The notes: generated by a model from the sequence alone, not told the origin. 64,000 bases of DNA from an uncultured Desulfospira sp. (GCA_963663165.1 OY760175.1:1280001-1344000); one strand, 5' to 3'. Counted from the first letter of the stretch, positions 19,905-28,903 are shown. Numbers and translations: made by a program.

Positions 19905-19914
19905 GGTTATAAAA

Positions 19915-20021
19915 GGGATTTAGACTGAAGGGATTTAGGCTGAAGTATATCAATCATTTTTCGTTCCCCGGTTTTTTTCCTTTTCTTGCCTTTAGTCTTC
20001 AGCCTATCCACCTTCAGCCTG
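19915..20021. repeat. TTTAG(A/G)CTGAAG / CTTCAGCCT inverted repeat element, family D
   Basis: A 15-bp tandem GGGATTTAG(A/G)CTGAA x2 faces CTTCAGCCT x2. Related copies lie near 11815-11868, 21701-21738, 56701-56787 and 59245-59277. Confidence 0.7.
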
Positions 20022-20027
20022 CCCGTC

Positions 20028-20873
20028 CTAAAGATGCGCCTGTCCCTTGAACCGGCGGGTAATCATTTCAATAATTTCCTCGGCACTGGTTTCAATGGGT
20101 TTGTTGCTCACATCAATCATGGAGTATCCCCTGGTGATATAATATTTCTGGGCATCTTTAACCTCATTCTCCACCGCGGTCAAAGATGAATATTTCCGCA
20201 TATCCGGCGCCCCTAAGCTTTCCTGCCGCATCCGGCGATGGGCCAGAAGCTGTTCCACATTGATATTCAGGGCAATCACCCGGCGCCGGTCCACCTCATC
20301 GAGCCCGGCCGGCATGGGCACACCCGGCACATAGGGAATATTGGCGACCTTCCAGCCCATGACGGCCATATACATGGACAACGGGGTTTTGCCCGCCCTT
20401 GAAAGGCCGACCAGGGCAATTTCAGCCTCGTTGAGGGTATCCGGATTCATCCCGTCATCATGGGCCAGGGAAAAATCAATGGCCGACACCTGCTTGAGGT
20501 TGATATGGTGGGTTTCCCTGTAGAGTCCCGGCCGCTCAAGGGGGTCCTGATTCAAAAACGCCTGGATTTTGGACAGGATGGGCCCCATCAGGTCAATGGT
20601 GACAATATGGTATTCCATGCCCTTCCGGGTCAGGTACTGCCGTAATTCCGAATTCACAATGGTATGGACGATAAGGCTTTCAACATCCCGGACTTTTTCA
20701 ATGAGTTCATCCACCTGGCTTTCGGTCCGGATATGGGGCACTTTGACCACGGTGATTTTGTTGTTGGGAAACTGGACCAGGGTGGACTCCACCAGGTGAA
20801 ACCCGTTAATGCCCTCTCCGCATGAGGCCACATAGATCATCTGAAAATCATGGTGTTCAAGCGCATCAATCAT
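20028..20873 (-). CDS. PPDK/PEP synthase regulatory kinase/pyrophosphorylase (PDRP, DUF299)
   Basis: AIDFSLAHDDG, IALVGLSRAGKTPLSMYMA, KVANIP, IDVSNKPIETSA. Confidence 0.92.
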   Translation of the reverse strand: MIDALEHHDFQMIYVASCGEGINGFHLVESTLVQFPNNKITVVKVPHIRTESQVDELIEKVRDVESLIVHTIVNSELRQYLTRKGMEYHIVTIDLMGPILSKIQAFLNQDPLERPGLYRETHHINLKQVSAIDFSLAHDDGMNPDTLNEAEIALVGLSRAGKTPLSMYMAVMGWKVANIPYVPGVPMPAGLDEVDRRRVIALNINVEQLLAHRRMRQESLGAPDMRKYSSLTAVENEVKDAQKYYITRGYSMIDVSNKPIETSAEEIIEMITRRFKGQAHL

Positions 20874-21233
20874 GGAAATATCCTTTATTCCGGTTTTTAT
20901 TTACGGTATAACGGCCACGGGCCGCTTTGGTTATCCAACCAAGAGCCGCCCACAACAAATAATGAAACTGAAGATACCGGGAACGGCAGGCTATAAACTG
21001 GGCACCGCAGGTGCCTCGCCCTCTTGTCTCTTGTTTCTTGTCTCCAGTTTCTTATAAAACTGTCACGGGCGGCCTGGGGTTCAGGACCCGCTTTATTGGC
21101 AGCAAATATCGAAACTTTTTTACCGGCTTGTGCCAAAAGTTTCATATAAACCATAACGGGGAACAATGCAAACATGACGCGCCAGGGTGATCGCATGTAA
21201 CTTGCCTGCCGGTGATGTCAATTTCGAGGATAA

Positions 21234-21322
21234 GGATATGGGGACTTGGGATATGGGATATGGGACTTGGGTAGGCCACGGATGCTGCAATCCCCAAGTC
21301 CCATATCCCAAGTCCCAAGTCC
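21234..21322. repeat. GGGACTT/GGGATAT heptamer inverted repeat element, family A
   Basis: Tandem heptamers, then core AGGCCACGGATGCTGCAAT, then inverted CCCAAGT heptamers. Copies at 34363-34429 and 59075-59134, with an arm at 29191-29245. Confidence 0.85.
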
Positions 21323-21397
21323 ATTATATTGATCCTTATTTTCCATTCCAGGATGGATTATTTTTTTATATGCGCTTGCCCTGCATGACGCGCCGCA

Positions 21398-21706
21398 ATG
21401 GGGGACAATAAACAAACCATGGTGGTTGGAACCGGACAGATTAAATTCAGACTTTTTGATGTGCATTCCCTTAAAGCCAAACGATCCATTGTGAAATCCA
21501 TCATTGCCAGGATTCAGAACCGGTTTAACATCAGTGTGGCGGAAACCGGCCTCAATGACAGCCATGAATGGGCTGTAATCGGGTTTGCGCTGGTGGGAAA
21601 CGATGCCAGGGTGATCAACTCCAAGGTGGACAAGGTCTTTAACATGGCCGATGAGTTGGGATTGGCCATGGTGGCCGACACCCATATGGAAATCATTCAT
21701 GTTTAG
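21398..21706 (+). CDS. DUF503 family protein (start may be 21419)
   Basis: HSLKAKRSIVKSII..RFNISVAE..D.HEWAVIG. Confidence 0.9.
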   Translation: MGDNKQTMVVGTGQIKFRLFDVHSLKAKRSIVKSIIARIQNRFNISVAETGLNDSHEWAVIGFALVGNDARVINSKVDKVFNMADELGLAMVADTHMEIIHV

Positions 21707-22088
21707 ACTGAAGGCTCAAGGGGGGGCAGGCTGAAGAAGGGGAATCCAGTTTTTTGCGGGTTTTTCGTTTTCTTCGCTGTTTTTGTTTTTTGATTTTTTC
21801 CATCAGAACGGCCTGTTTCCCCGGATTTCCCGTCAGTTTGGCCTCAACCTGGTCGGCTAACAGCCGCAGGGCCATGAACCGGTTTAAATGCTGGGACCGG
21901 TGTTTGCCGTATTTGACGGCAATTCCCGTGGGGACGTGGCGGATAAACACCGCCGATGAGGTCTTGTTGACCTTCTGCCCTCCCCGGCCCGATGACTTGA
22001 TGAATTTTTCTTCAAGGTCGGTTTTCCGGATTCCTAAGCCCGCTATCCGTTTTTCAAGGGCCTCAAGTTTGCTTTTATCCGGTCCCAA
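21693..22088 (-). CDS. Peptide chain release factor-like protein (ArfB/C12orf65-type)
   Basis: FIKSSGRGGQKVNKTSSAV (GGQ motif), RSQHLNR and a basic C-terminal tail. Confidence 0.88.
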   Translation of the reverse strand: MGPDKSKLEALEKRIAGLGIRKTDLEEKFIKSSGRGGQKVNKTSSAVFIRHVPTGIAVKYGKHRSQHLNRFMALRLLADQVEAKLTGNPGKQAVLMEKIKKQKQRRKRKTRKKLDSPSSACPPLSLQSKHE

Positions 22089-22174
22089 TACGGTTTCCTT
22101 TTCTTTTATTCAGGTTAAAAATCATATACCATACCCGTACTGCCAATGGATATTAAAATCATTTGAGGAATGTT

Positions 22175-22651
22175 ATGACTGAAAAAATAAGCCGATGGGG
22201 GGTTGGACCGGTATTTGCCTTCTGGTCTGTTGGATATGGAATCATCATGCTGGCCATAAGCAGATGGTTTGCACCGGTATTTGAGATAAATTTTATACCG
22301 CGCCGGGTGGTAATGGGTGTTGGGATCGCCCTGCTGGCCATAGGGGTTCCGTTTTTCATCCGATCGGTGAAAACGGTGATGAAAGCGTATAATGCCGACA
22401 GGCTTGTTATAGACGGCACCTTTAAATACTGCCGACATCCCCTTTACGCATCGTGGGTGGTGTTTCTGGTTCCCGGGATCGTCCTTTTAGCCAACTCCTG
22501 GCTAGGTCTGACCACACCGGTATTCATGTATGCTGTTCTGCGAAGCCTGGTGGGAAAAGAAGAAGTATACCTGGAATCCGTATTTGGCCAGGAATACCTT
22601 GAGTATAAAAACAAGGTGCCCTGTATTCTGCCTTATGGGATGATGAAGTGA
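22175..22651 (+). CDS. Isoprenylcysteine carboxylmethyltransferase/PEMT-family membrane protein
   Basis: LVIDGTFKYCRHPLY...EEVYLESVFGQEYLEYKNKVP. Confidence 0.88.
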   Translation: MTEKISRWGVGPVFAFWSVGYGIIMLAISRWFAPVFEINFIPRRVVMGVGIALLAIGVPFFIRSVKTVMKAYNADRLVIDGTFKYCRHPLYASWVVFLVPGIVLLANSWLGLTTPVFMYAVLRSLVGKEEVYLESVFGQEYLEYKNKVPCILPYGMMK

Positions 22652-22681
22652 TACCGTTAACCTTTTATTGAATATTTTAAA

Positions 22682-22713
22682 CAGCGGCCGGAAATGGTAT
22701 CTTCCGGCCGCTG
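22682..22713. terminator. Hairpin between convergent genes
   Basis: CAGCGGCCGGAA-atggtatc-TTCCGGCCGCTG, 12-bp stem. Confidence 0.6.
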
Positions 22714-22744
22714 CGGTCAGTGGATCACTTTAAAACAACGAATG

Positions 22745-24664
22745 CTACAAAGACTTGTACAACAATATCAGTTTACGGGCATCCCGTACGGTAATGGCTC
22801 CGTCGCCGTCAAGGTCAGCGGCCGGATTAACCGATGCCGACTGCCTCAGAAGGCTGCGGATAGCACTGATGTCGCTGCGGTCAACGACACCGTCACTGTT
22901 GAGATCGCCGGTCACCTTGATGATGGTGTAGGTATCCATCAGTGAGCCATCCGCTGTACGGTAGGCGGAAACCGTAAAGGTGTCCCCATTTTCAACCTCT
23001 TGTACCTCTACGTTGAGGTAGGAGGGTTCCTTGGGCTGGCTGTATGCCGCAAAGTATAAGTTGGTCCAGCCGTCGATGTCGTTAAAATTGTAGTATTTAC
23101 TGCCTGAGGCTGAATCAGCGGTAAAGTAGACGGTTCCAGTGGGGTCAATAATCCTGCCTGCCTCATCTTTATTGGAATTATCCTCAGCCACCTCAAAGTT
23201 GGTGAGAGGATAAGTCCTGGCATAAAAATGATCATGCCCGGCAAGGACAACATCTATATTATAATCGTCCATAACCGGAACCAGGGAGGTCCTCAAAGTA
23301 GCCACATCGGTTACATGACTGGCTGAGCTGTAAAGAGAGTGATGGAAGACCACAACTCTCCACAGGGCGCTGGGATTTGCTCCAATAGCCTCACCCATGA
23401 ATTCACTGTGTGAAGCGGCACTGCTGTTGTTAGAGTTTAAGACCATAAACAAAACCTTGCCGTAGGTAAACCAGTAGTCGCCGGCATAGGTAATGGTCTC
23501 TTCGTCTATGGTAGATGAGAGTTTGCCGTAGTCCGACTCATTGGGAACATTAAACTGGTATGAGTAGAGAATACTCTTGTCATGGTTTCCGTTGGCAGGA
23601 GCCAAGGGCATGGAAGTAAGCTCTTCTGCACTGAAGAACCCCTCGTACTGAGTGTCCGAAGTGGCGGTTTCCACCTGGTCGCCGGAGCTCAGTATAAAGC
23701 TGGTATCTTCAAATTTGGTCAGGGCTGCGGTGACCGTTGTGGCCCAGCCTTCTGCATCACCGGTGGTGTCCCCGCTGGCACCGATCTGGGGATCACCCAC
23801 AAAGATGAAGTTATAGTTGTCTGATCCTTTGGTACGGAAGGTGTCCATGTCAGTGTAAGTATCATCATATCCCACGGCATAGACATATGTGGTGTCACTG
23901 TTAATATTGGGCATGGTGACTTTACAGGAATAGACAGTGGGCTTACAACCGTATTCGTTCACTTCAGTTCCTGATGAAGTATCCGGGCACTGGTCATCAT
24001 CGTCTGCCACTCCGTCACCATCCTCATCAGGACAGCCGGCATCATTCACTGTTGATCCCAACGGTGTTTCGGAACATGTGTCCACATCATTCAGAACACC
24101 GTCGCCGTCAGCATCATTGGCCAATTGACAGCCGTCTTCCCCCACCACGGTCCCGGCAGGCGTTTCAAGGCATTCGTCACTGGTGTTTGCAATACCGTCT
24201 TCATCATCATCCTGGCAGCCGTCTTCATTGACCGCAACACCATCAGGGGTATCTTCACAAAGATCACTGGTATCATAGACACCATCTCCGTCAGTATCGG
24301 TACCGCCGCCGGGGCCGCCGGGACCACCGGGGCCACCGCCGGGGCCACCGCCGTTAGGTGGGGCACCGCCGGAGGAGGAAGATTCCTCAAGAACTTCCGT
24401 CATTACAGCATCAAAAATTGTGGCTGATGCCGGGAATTCTCCGTCTTCAAGCTCGCTTTGTCTGCAGACTTTCACCTGGACAGGGGTGGGGTCGATGGTC
24501 AGCCAGCTAAAGTTCAGCTCAGCTTCATCACCGCCCAGCTGGATGGTTAGATTGTCAGCCTCATACGGGGTGGTCGCCGACGCCATTGAAATTGCTGTGC
24601 CGGAGATGCCCAGTACGAGGGTTGCGGATAAAAATAATCCGCAGGCCTTCAGTTTTTTGTTCAT
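22745..24664 (-). CDS. Secreted purple-acid-phosphatase-like metallophosphoesterase with TSP3-like repeats and a C-terminal dockerin
   Basis: Signal peptide; GDPQ, GDQVE, GNHD, VFHH and GHDH motifs; four DxDxDGV/I...C...GC repeats; C-terminal GDLNSDGVVDRSDI...ADLDGDGAITVRDA duplicated F-hand. Confidence 0.88.
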   Translation of the reverse strand: MNKKLKACGLFLSATLVLGISGTAISMASATTPYEADNLTIQLGGDEAELNFSWLTIDPTPVQVKVCRQSELEDGEFPASATIFDAVMTEVLEESSSSGGAPPNGGGPGGGPGGPGGPGGGTDTDGDGVYDTSDLCEDTPDGVAVNEDGCQDDDEDGIANTSDECLETPAGTVVGEDGCQLANDADGDGVLNDVDTCSETPLGSTVNDAGCPDEDGDGVADDDDQCPDTSSGTEVNEYGCKPTVYSCKVTMPNINSDTTYVYAVGYDDTYTDMDTFRTKGSDNYNFIFVGDPQIGASGDTTGDAEGWATTVTAALTKFEDTSFILSSGDQVETATSDTQYEGFFSAEELTSMPLAPANGNHDKSILYSYQFNVPNESDYGKLSSTIDEETITYAGDYWFTYGKVLFMVLNSNNSSAASHSEFMGEAIGANPSALWRVVVFHHSLYSSASHVTDVATLRTSLVPVMDDYNIDVVLAGHDHFYARTYPLTNFEVAEDNSNKDEAGRIIDPTGTVYFTADSASGSKYYNFNDIDGWTNLYFAAYSQPKEPSYLNVEVQEVENGDTFTVSAYRTADGSLMDTYTIIKVTGDLNSDGVVDRSDISAIRSLLRQSASVNPAADLDGDGAITVRDARKLILLYKSL

Positions 24665-24828
24665 TTCTTTTCCTCCTTATTGTTTCTTGTTTGTATGAAA
24701 ACCCTTTCCATAGGCTTTCATTTATTTGTTATGGGCGAACCCGGATTTTAGCTTCCCGGGGTTAGGCCCTTGACGCTTATGGGGTTAAAACCGCAATCAA
24801 AGAATAGAAATTCGGATTTATTTTCAGT

Positions 24829-25992
24829 CTAAGGTTTCTTTTTTAGTAATCTTGCCGTAACCGCAGCGGTCAGCGGGATGGTCAGCACCACGGCCATGCT
24901 CCCTGACAGGGCCTGTGCCGTTTCAATGGCAACAAGATTTGAACTGATCAGCTGATTGTACTGAACACAATAAAAATTAAGGATCAGGATGGTGGACAGG
25001 GCCGCCCCCACAAATGCCAGTATCAACGTGTTGGACATGGTCCCGATCATGTCCTTGCCCACATTCATGCCGGCCTTAAACAGGTCCATGGCGCCGAGGT
25101 CCGGCCGGTTGACATGCAGTTCATTGATGGCCGATACAATGGACATGGCCGTGTCCATGACCGCTCCCATGGAGGCAATCAGGATGCCGGCAAACAGAAG
25201 ACGCTCAACCCCGAGCCCTGTTTTCTGCCTGATAAACAAAAGGCTTTCCGCCTCCTCTAAATTAAACCCTGACACATGAACCAGGCGGCTGAAAATAAGC
25301 AAAATGATCCCGGACAGAATGACACCGCAGGCGGTTCCGGTTATGGCACAAAGGGTTTTTTTGCTGACGCCGTTCAGAAAAATCATATTGGCAGACGTTA
25401 CCAGTATCACCAGGCCCACAGCACTCCAGGCCGGGGAATATCCCCTCATGATCAGCGGCAAAAATATGAACAGGATACAGACAAAAGTGTATATCAGATT
25501 CAAGCATGACATCAGCCCTTTCTTTCCGCTGACAAGGGTCATGGTCAGTAAAAAAATCAATACAAATAAATATATATAGGGGGCCCGGTCATAGTTATGG
25601 ACGCGAACCTTGAGTTTTCCGGAATCCAGCTCATCGACCACGACAACAAGTTTTTGGCCTTTTTGGGCAGTCACACTGTTATAAGTGGTCAGATAATTGT
25701 TTGCGGTCAGGGTTTCTCCTTTGTGCCTGCCTGAGAGCATCTCAACTTCAAGCACCTGTTTGCCAACCGGGATTTTGCTTGAGTGGGTGCTTTTTCTAAT
25801 GGATTGGTCAACAACAGATAAAACCCGGCATTTTTCATAATCGACGGTGGCTTTGGCAAACCGCCGGGTGTATTTGGTGTATTCTATCCGGCTGACGGCA
25901 AGAATAATGGCAGCGGCAAGAAGAATTAGCCCCAATGAAACAAGGAAATTCAAAATTTTAACATTGGTAAAAACAGGCCTTTCCTTTTTCAT
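24829..25992 (-). CDS. YibE/F family membrane protein
   Basis: AGILIASMGAVMDTAMSIVSA...GMNVGKDMIGTMSNTLILAF. Confidence 0.92.
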   Translation of the reverse strand: MKKERPVFTNVKILNFLVSLGLILLAAAIILAVSRIEYTKYTRRFAKATVDYEKCRVLSVVDQSIRKSTHSSKIPVGKQVLEVEMLSGRHKGETLTANNYLTTYNSVTAQKGQKLVVVVDELDSGKLKVRVHNYDRAPYIYLFVLIFLLTMTLVSGKKGLMSCLNLIYTFVCILFIFLPLIMRGYSPAWSAVGLVILVTSANMIFLNGVSKKTLCAITGTACGVILSGIILLIFSRLVHVSGFNLEEAESLLFIRQKTGLGVERLLFAGILIASMGAVMDTAMSIVSAINELHVNRPDLGAMDLFKAGMNVGKDMIGTMSNTLILAFVGAALSTILILNFYCVQYNQLISSNLVAIETAQALSGSMAVVLTIPLTAAVTARLLKKKP

Positions 25993-26108
25993 CTAAGATC
26001 ACCTGAATTTTTATGGTTGTGCCGGATCACAAGGGTAAAAGGGTTTATTTATTACCGGCAGAGACAAAAAGACCGCAGCCTTGGCTTTTCATCTTTGCCG
26101 TAAGGATG

Positions 26109-26146
26109 ATGCCAATGCCCTGTGTCGGCTCACAGGGCATTGGCAT
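26109..26146 (-). other. 16-bp perfect stem-loop downstream of the cohesin gene
   Basis: ATGCCAATGCCCTGTG-tcggct-CACAGGGCATTGGCAT, with no U-tract on the minus strand. Confidence 0.75.
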
Positions 26147-26170
26147 GACACATGATATCTTTTGCAAAAA

Positions 26171-26719
26171 TTAATTTTTACATTTTCTGGAAAGACCGGC
26201 CAACCCCATGAGGCCCAGGCTCATCAGGGCAAACGCGGAGGGGACGGGTACCGGGCTGGTTGTAACGTTGATGGTAAAAATGATGGATTCGATATCAATT
26301 GCGGCATTATCTGAAACACTGCCGATGGTAAGGCTGAATCCCTCGCCCAGGCTGTCCCCTATAAATGTAAGGGTTGCAAGCACAAAACTGGCGGATTGGC
26401 CATCAAAGACAGCATCGTCTTCACTTAAATTAGAAATTGCACAAAGATTAACCACACCGGCGCCATTGTCGCCATAACTGTAATCACCAACATCACCAAG
26501 ATCAAAACTGCCCAATTCGTCAGTGAACACATAAGTGTCAAACGTCAAGCTTGCATCATCATAATTGAGATCCAGATCAAAACCCGCCAAGTCAGCGTTT
26601 TCCAGCCCTGAGACATTAATCTCAACCTGGTATACCGCTGCCATAGAAGCGGACGCGTTAAAAAATAAAACGGCTGTAAGACAGAGGATGGTAGTGGCGA
26701 TTTTCTTGATTAATAACAT
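26171..26719 (-). CDS. Cohesin-like domain protein with a PEP-CTERM/VPLPA-type sorting signal
   Basis: Signal peptide; VEINVSGL..DLAGFDLDLNYD..LTF...FVLATLTF cohesin pattern; C-terminal PVPVPSAFALMSLGLMGLAGLSRK. Confidence 0.78.
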   Translation of the reverse strand: MLLIKKIATTILCLTAVLFFNASASMAAVYQVEINVSGLENADLAGFDLDLNYDDASLTFDTYVFTDELGSFDLGDVGDYSYGDNGAGVVNLCAISNLSEDDAVFDGQSASFVLATLTFIGDSLGEGFSLTIGSVSDNAAIDIESIIFTINVTTSPVPVPSAFALMSLGLMGLAGLSRKCKN

Positions 26720-27002
26720 GAGTTTTTTCCTTTTTTGTTTTTAAAATTCTTTTGGGTTGTTTCTCTAAGAGCTGTCAGCCCTTAGCTGCAAGCCTTTGGC
26801 TGCTGGCAGGATAAGGCAATCCTGAACGCCAAGGGCTGGCAGCTAAAGGCTAATGGCTTTCAGCCTTCACTTCCTTCATTTGGTCCATACGGCCACCCTT
26901 GTCAGGGGTGGCCAACTGCTGGTTCAATTTGTAACGCTGTGCTTCGAGATCGCACTACACCACAGGAAAATTAGCGGACCGTTAGTGAAACATTAAATCC
27001 CT

Positions 27003-27041
27003 CTAACAAATTGCTGACGAAACTCTGACAAACGGACTAAC
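27003..27041 (-). promoter_or_regulatory. Pho-box/OmpR-type direct repeats upstream of the cohesin gene
   Basis: Minus strand GTTAG, GTCAG, GTCAG, GTTAG at 12/11/11-bp spacing, followed by TTTAAT. Confidence 0.55.
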
Positions 27042-27469
27042 GTCAAAAGAAGATTCAGAATTCAGATACTGTGTGTTTATATTCACATTTTAGCGGGGAT
27101 TTTGATGCATTTAAGGTATGGTTATTGCTTTCAGTATAAAAATTGCCAATATCGCGAAGCGTTAATCACCAAAAATAAAAAAAGGGGCGTCTCCGGTCTC
27201 CGTCCTTCCAATTTCCCGCCTAAGCCCCAAAATTCATCTGGACCAAATTTTAAACATTTGATATAGATTTTTTTAATGGTAATTGGTAAACTAATTTCCT
27301 ACTGAAATATGCAGCATTCATTCACCCCGCTATATTAATAATGGATTTCAAGGGGGCGTGTGGGCCGGTAGAAGGCAGCTTAAAAAATCAAGTCCGCACT
27401 CATACTGGATAAAACAGGGGTTGATGTTTTAATGGGAACCCAAGATTACACTTAAGAAAGGAGAAATAA

Positions 27470-28795
27470 ATGGCAGAAACTGTCATCAAGCTTGGTAAAA
27501 AGAAAAAAACCAACACATTCCTGGAAAAGGTCAAGGAAATCCTGCCCGAGGGCGGGAATCTGAATGCCTGCCTGACCTGCGGCGCCTGCTCTTCAGGGTG
27601 CCCGGCAACGGGGCTGGCAGACATGGATCCCAGAAAATTCCTGCGCATGGCAGCCCTGGGCATGGATGAAGAGATCAAAAATTCCGACTGGCCCTGGATG
27701 TGCACCATGTGCATGCGTTGCATCTATGTCTGTCCCATGAAAATTGACATTCCCCAGCTGGTCTACAACGCCAGGGCGCTCAGGCCCAGGGAAGAACGGC
27801 CCAGGGGTATTTTAGGTTCCTGTGATGCGGCCCTCAAGCACGATACCGGATCAGCCATGGCCGCCTCTGAAGAAGACTTTGAATTTGTTGTGGATGATGT
27901 CCTTGAAGAGTACCGGGAAGCCCAGCCCGAGTTTGCTGAAATGGAAGCGCCCATTGACAAGGAAGGGGCTGAATTTTTTCTGAACCAGAACTCCAGAGAA
28001 CCGGTAACCGAACCCGATGAAATGGTCCCCTTATGGAAAATTCTTCACACCGCCGGCGTTGACTGGACTTACGGGTCCAAAGGCTGGGGCGGTGAGAACT
28101 ACTGCATGTTCCTGGCAGACGATGAGTCCTGGAAAAAACTGGCGTCCACCACCATCGGACAAGCCAAAAAGCTGGGGTGTAAAACATACCTCAATACCGA
28201 GTGAGGGCACGTAACCTTTTCGGTCCGGGCCGGAGCGAAAAAATTTGGTATTGATCATGAAGGTATGGAAATCAAAAACATCTACGAGTACTACGCAAAA
28301 TGGATCCGCGAGGGCAGACTCAAACCCAGTTCAGACTGGAACAAGGACTTAAAGATTAAGTTCACGGTCCAGGATCCCTGCCAGATCGTTCGGAAAAGCT
28401 ATGGTGATCCCATTGCCGATGACCTGCGGTTTGTGGTCAAATCCATTGTAGGCGAAGAAAACTTTGTGGACATGCAGCCCAACCGTTCCAACAACTACTG
28501 TTGCGGCGGCGGGGGCGGATTCCTGCAGTCAGGCTTTAAAGACGAACGGCTTCAATACGGAAGGATCAAAGACCAGCAGATTAAGGCCACCGGCGCAGAT
28601 TACTGCATTGCCGCCTGCCATAACTGCCATGCCCAGATCCACGAGCTGTCCGAACATTACGGCGGCGAGTATCCGGTAGTTCACCTGTGGACCCTGCTTT
28701 GCCTGTCCCTTGGCATCCTTGGTCCCAATGAAAGAGAGTACCTTGACGACCGGCTCAAGGACGTGGCGGTTTTTCATCCGGAAACGGAAATGTAA
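27470..28795 (+). CDS. Selenocysteine-containing (Fe-S)-binding HdrD/GlpC-like protein (2x4Fe-4S + CCG domains)
   Basis: ORFs 27470-28204 and 28265-28795 are in frame and separated only by TGA 28202-28204 (YLNTE-U-GH). CLTCGACSSGCP, CTMCMRCIYVCP, QDPC, CCGGGGG and ACHNC motifs are present. Confidence 0.88.
28217..28241 (+). promoter_or_regulatory. Bacterial SECIS-like hairpin
   Basis: TTTTCG-G-TCCG-ggc-CGGA-G-CGAAAA starts 12 nt after the TGA and has a G-rich apical loop. Confidence 0.7.
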
Positions 28796-28903
28796 GCAAG
28801 AAACTAGAGACAAGATACAAGAAACAAGATTCGAGCAAGAAACAAGAGGGCGGTCTCTTCCCCCTCTTGTTTCTTGTTTCCAGTCTCTTGTTTCTTGTTT
28901 CCA
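28796..28903. repeat. AAACAAG/AGACAAG heptamer inverted repeat element, family B
   Basis: About 7 heptamers, core GAGGGCGGTCTCTTCCCCCTC, then inverted CTTGTTT heptamers. Related arms at 7168-7214 and 21000-21053. Confidence 0.85.

Noticed and set aside
1882..20873. ppdK and PDRP as a pair split by a genomic island
   Set aside because: They are convergent and 15 kb apart, with no att sites or integrase, so this cannot be supported without comparative genomes.
21234..21322. Heptamer arrays as a CRISPR array
   Set aside because: The units are 7 bp and contiguous, there are no 23-47-bp repeats with unique spacers, and there are no cas genes in the window.
28265..28795. Independent 176-aa gene, or a nonsense pseudogene
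   Set aside because: Better explained as the C-terminal part of the selenoprotein (in-frame TGA at a Cys-type position plus a SECIS-like hairpin).
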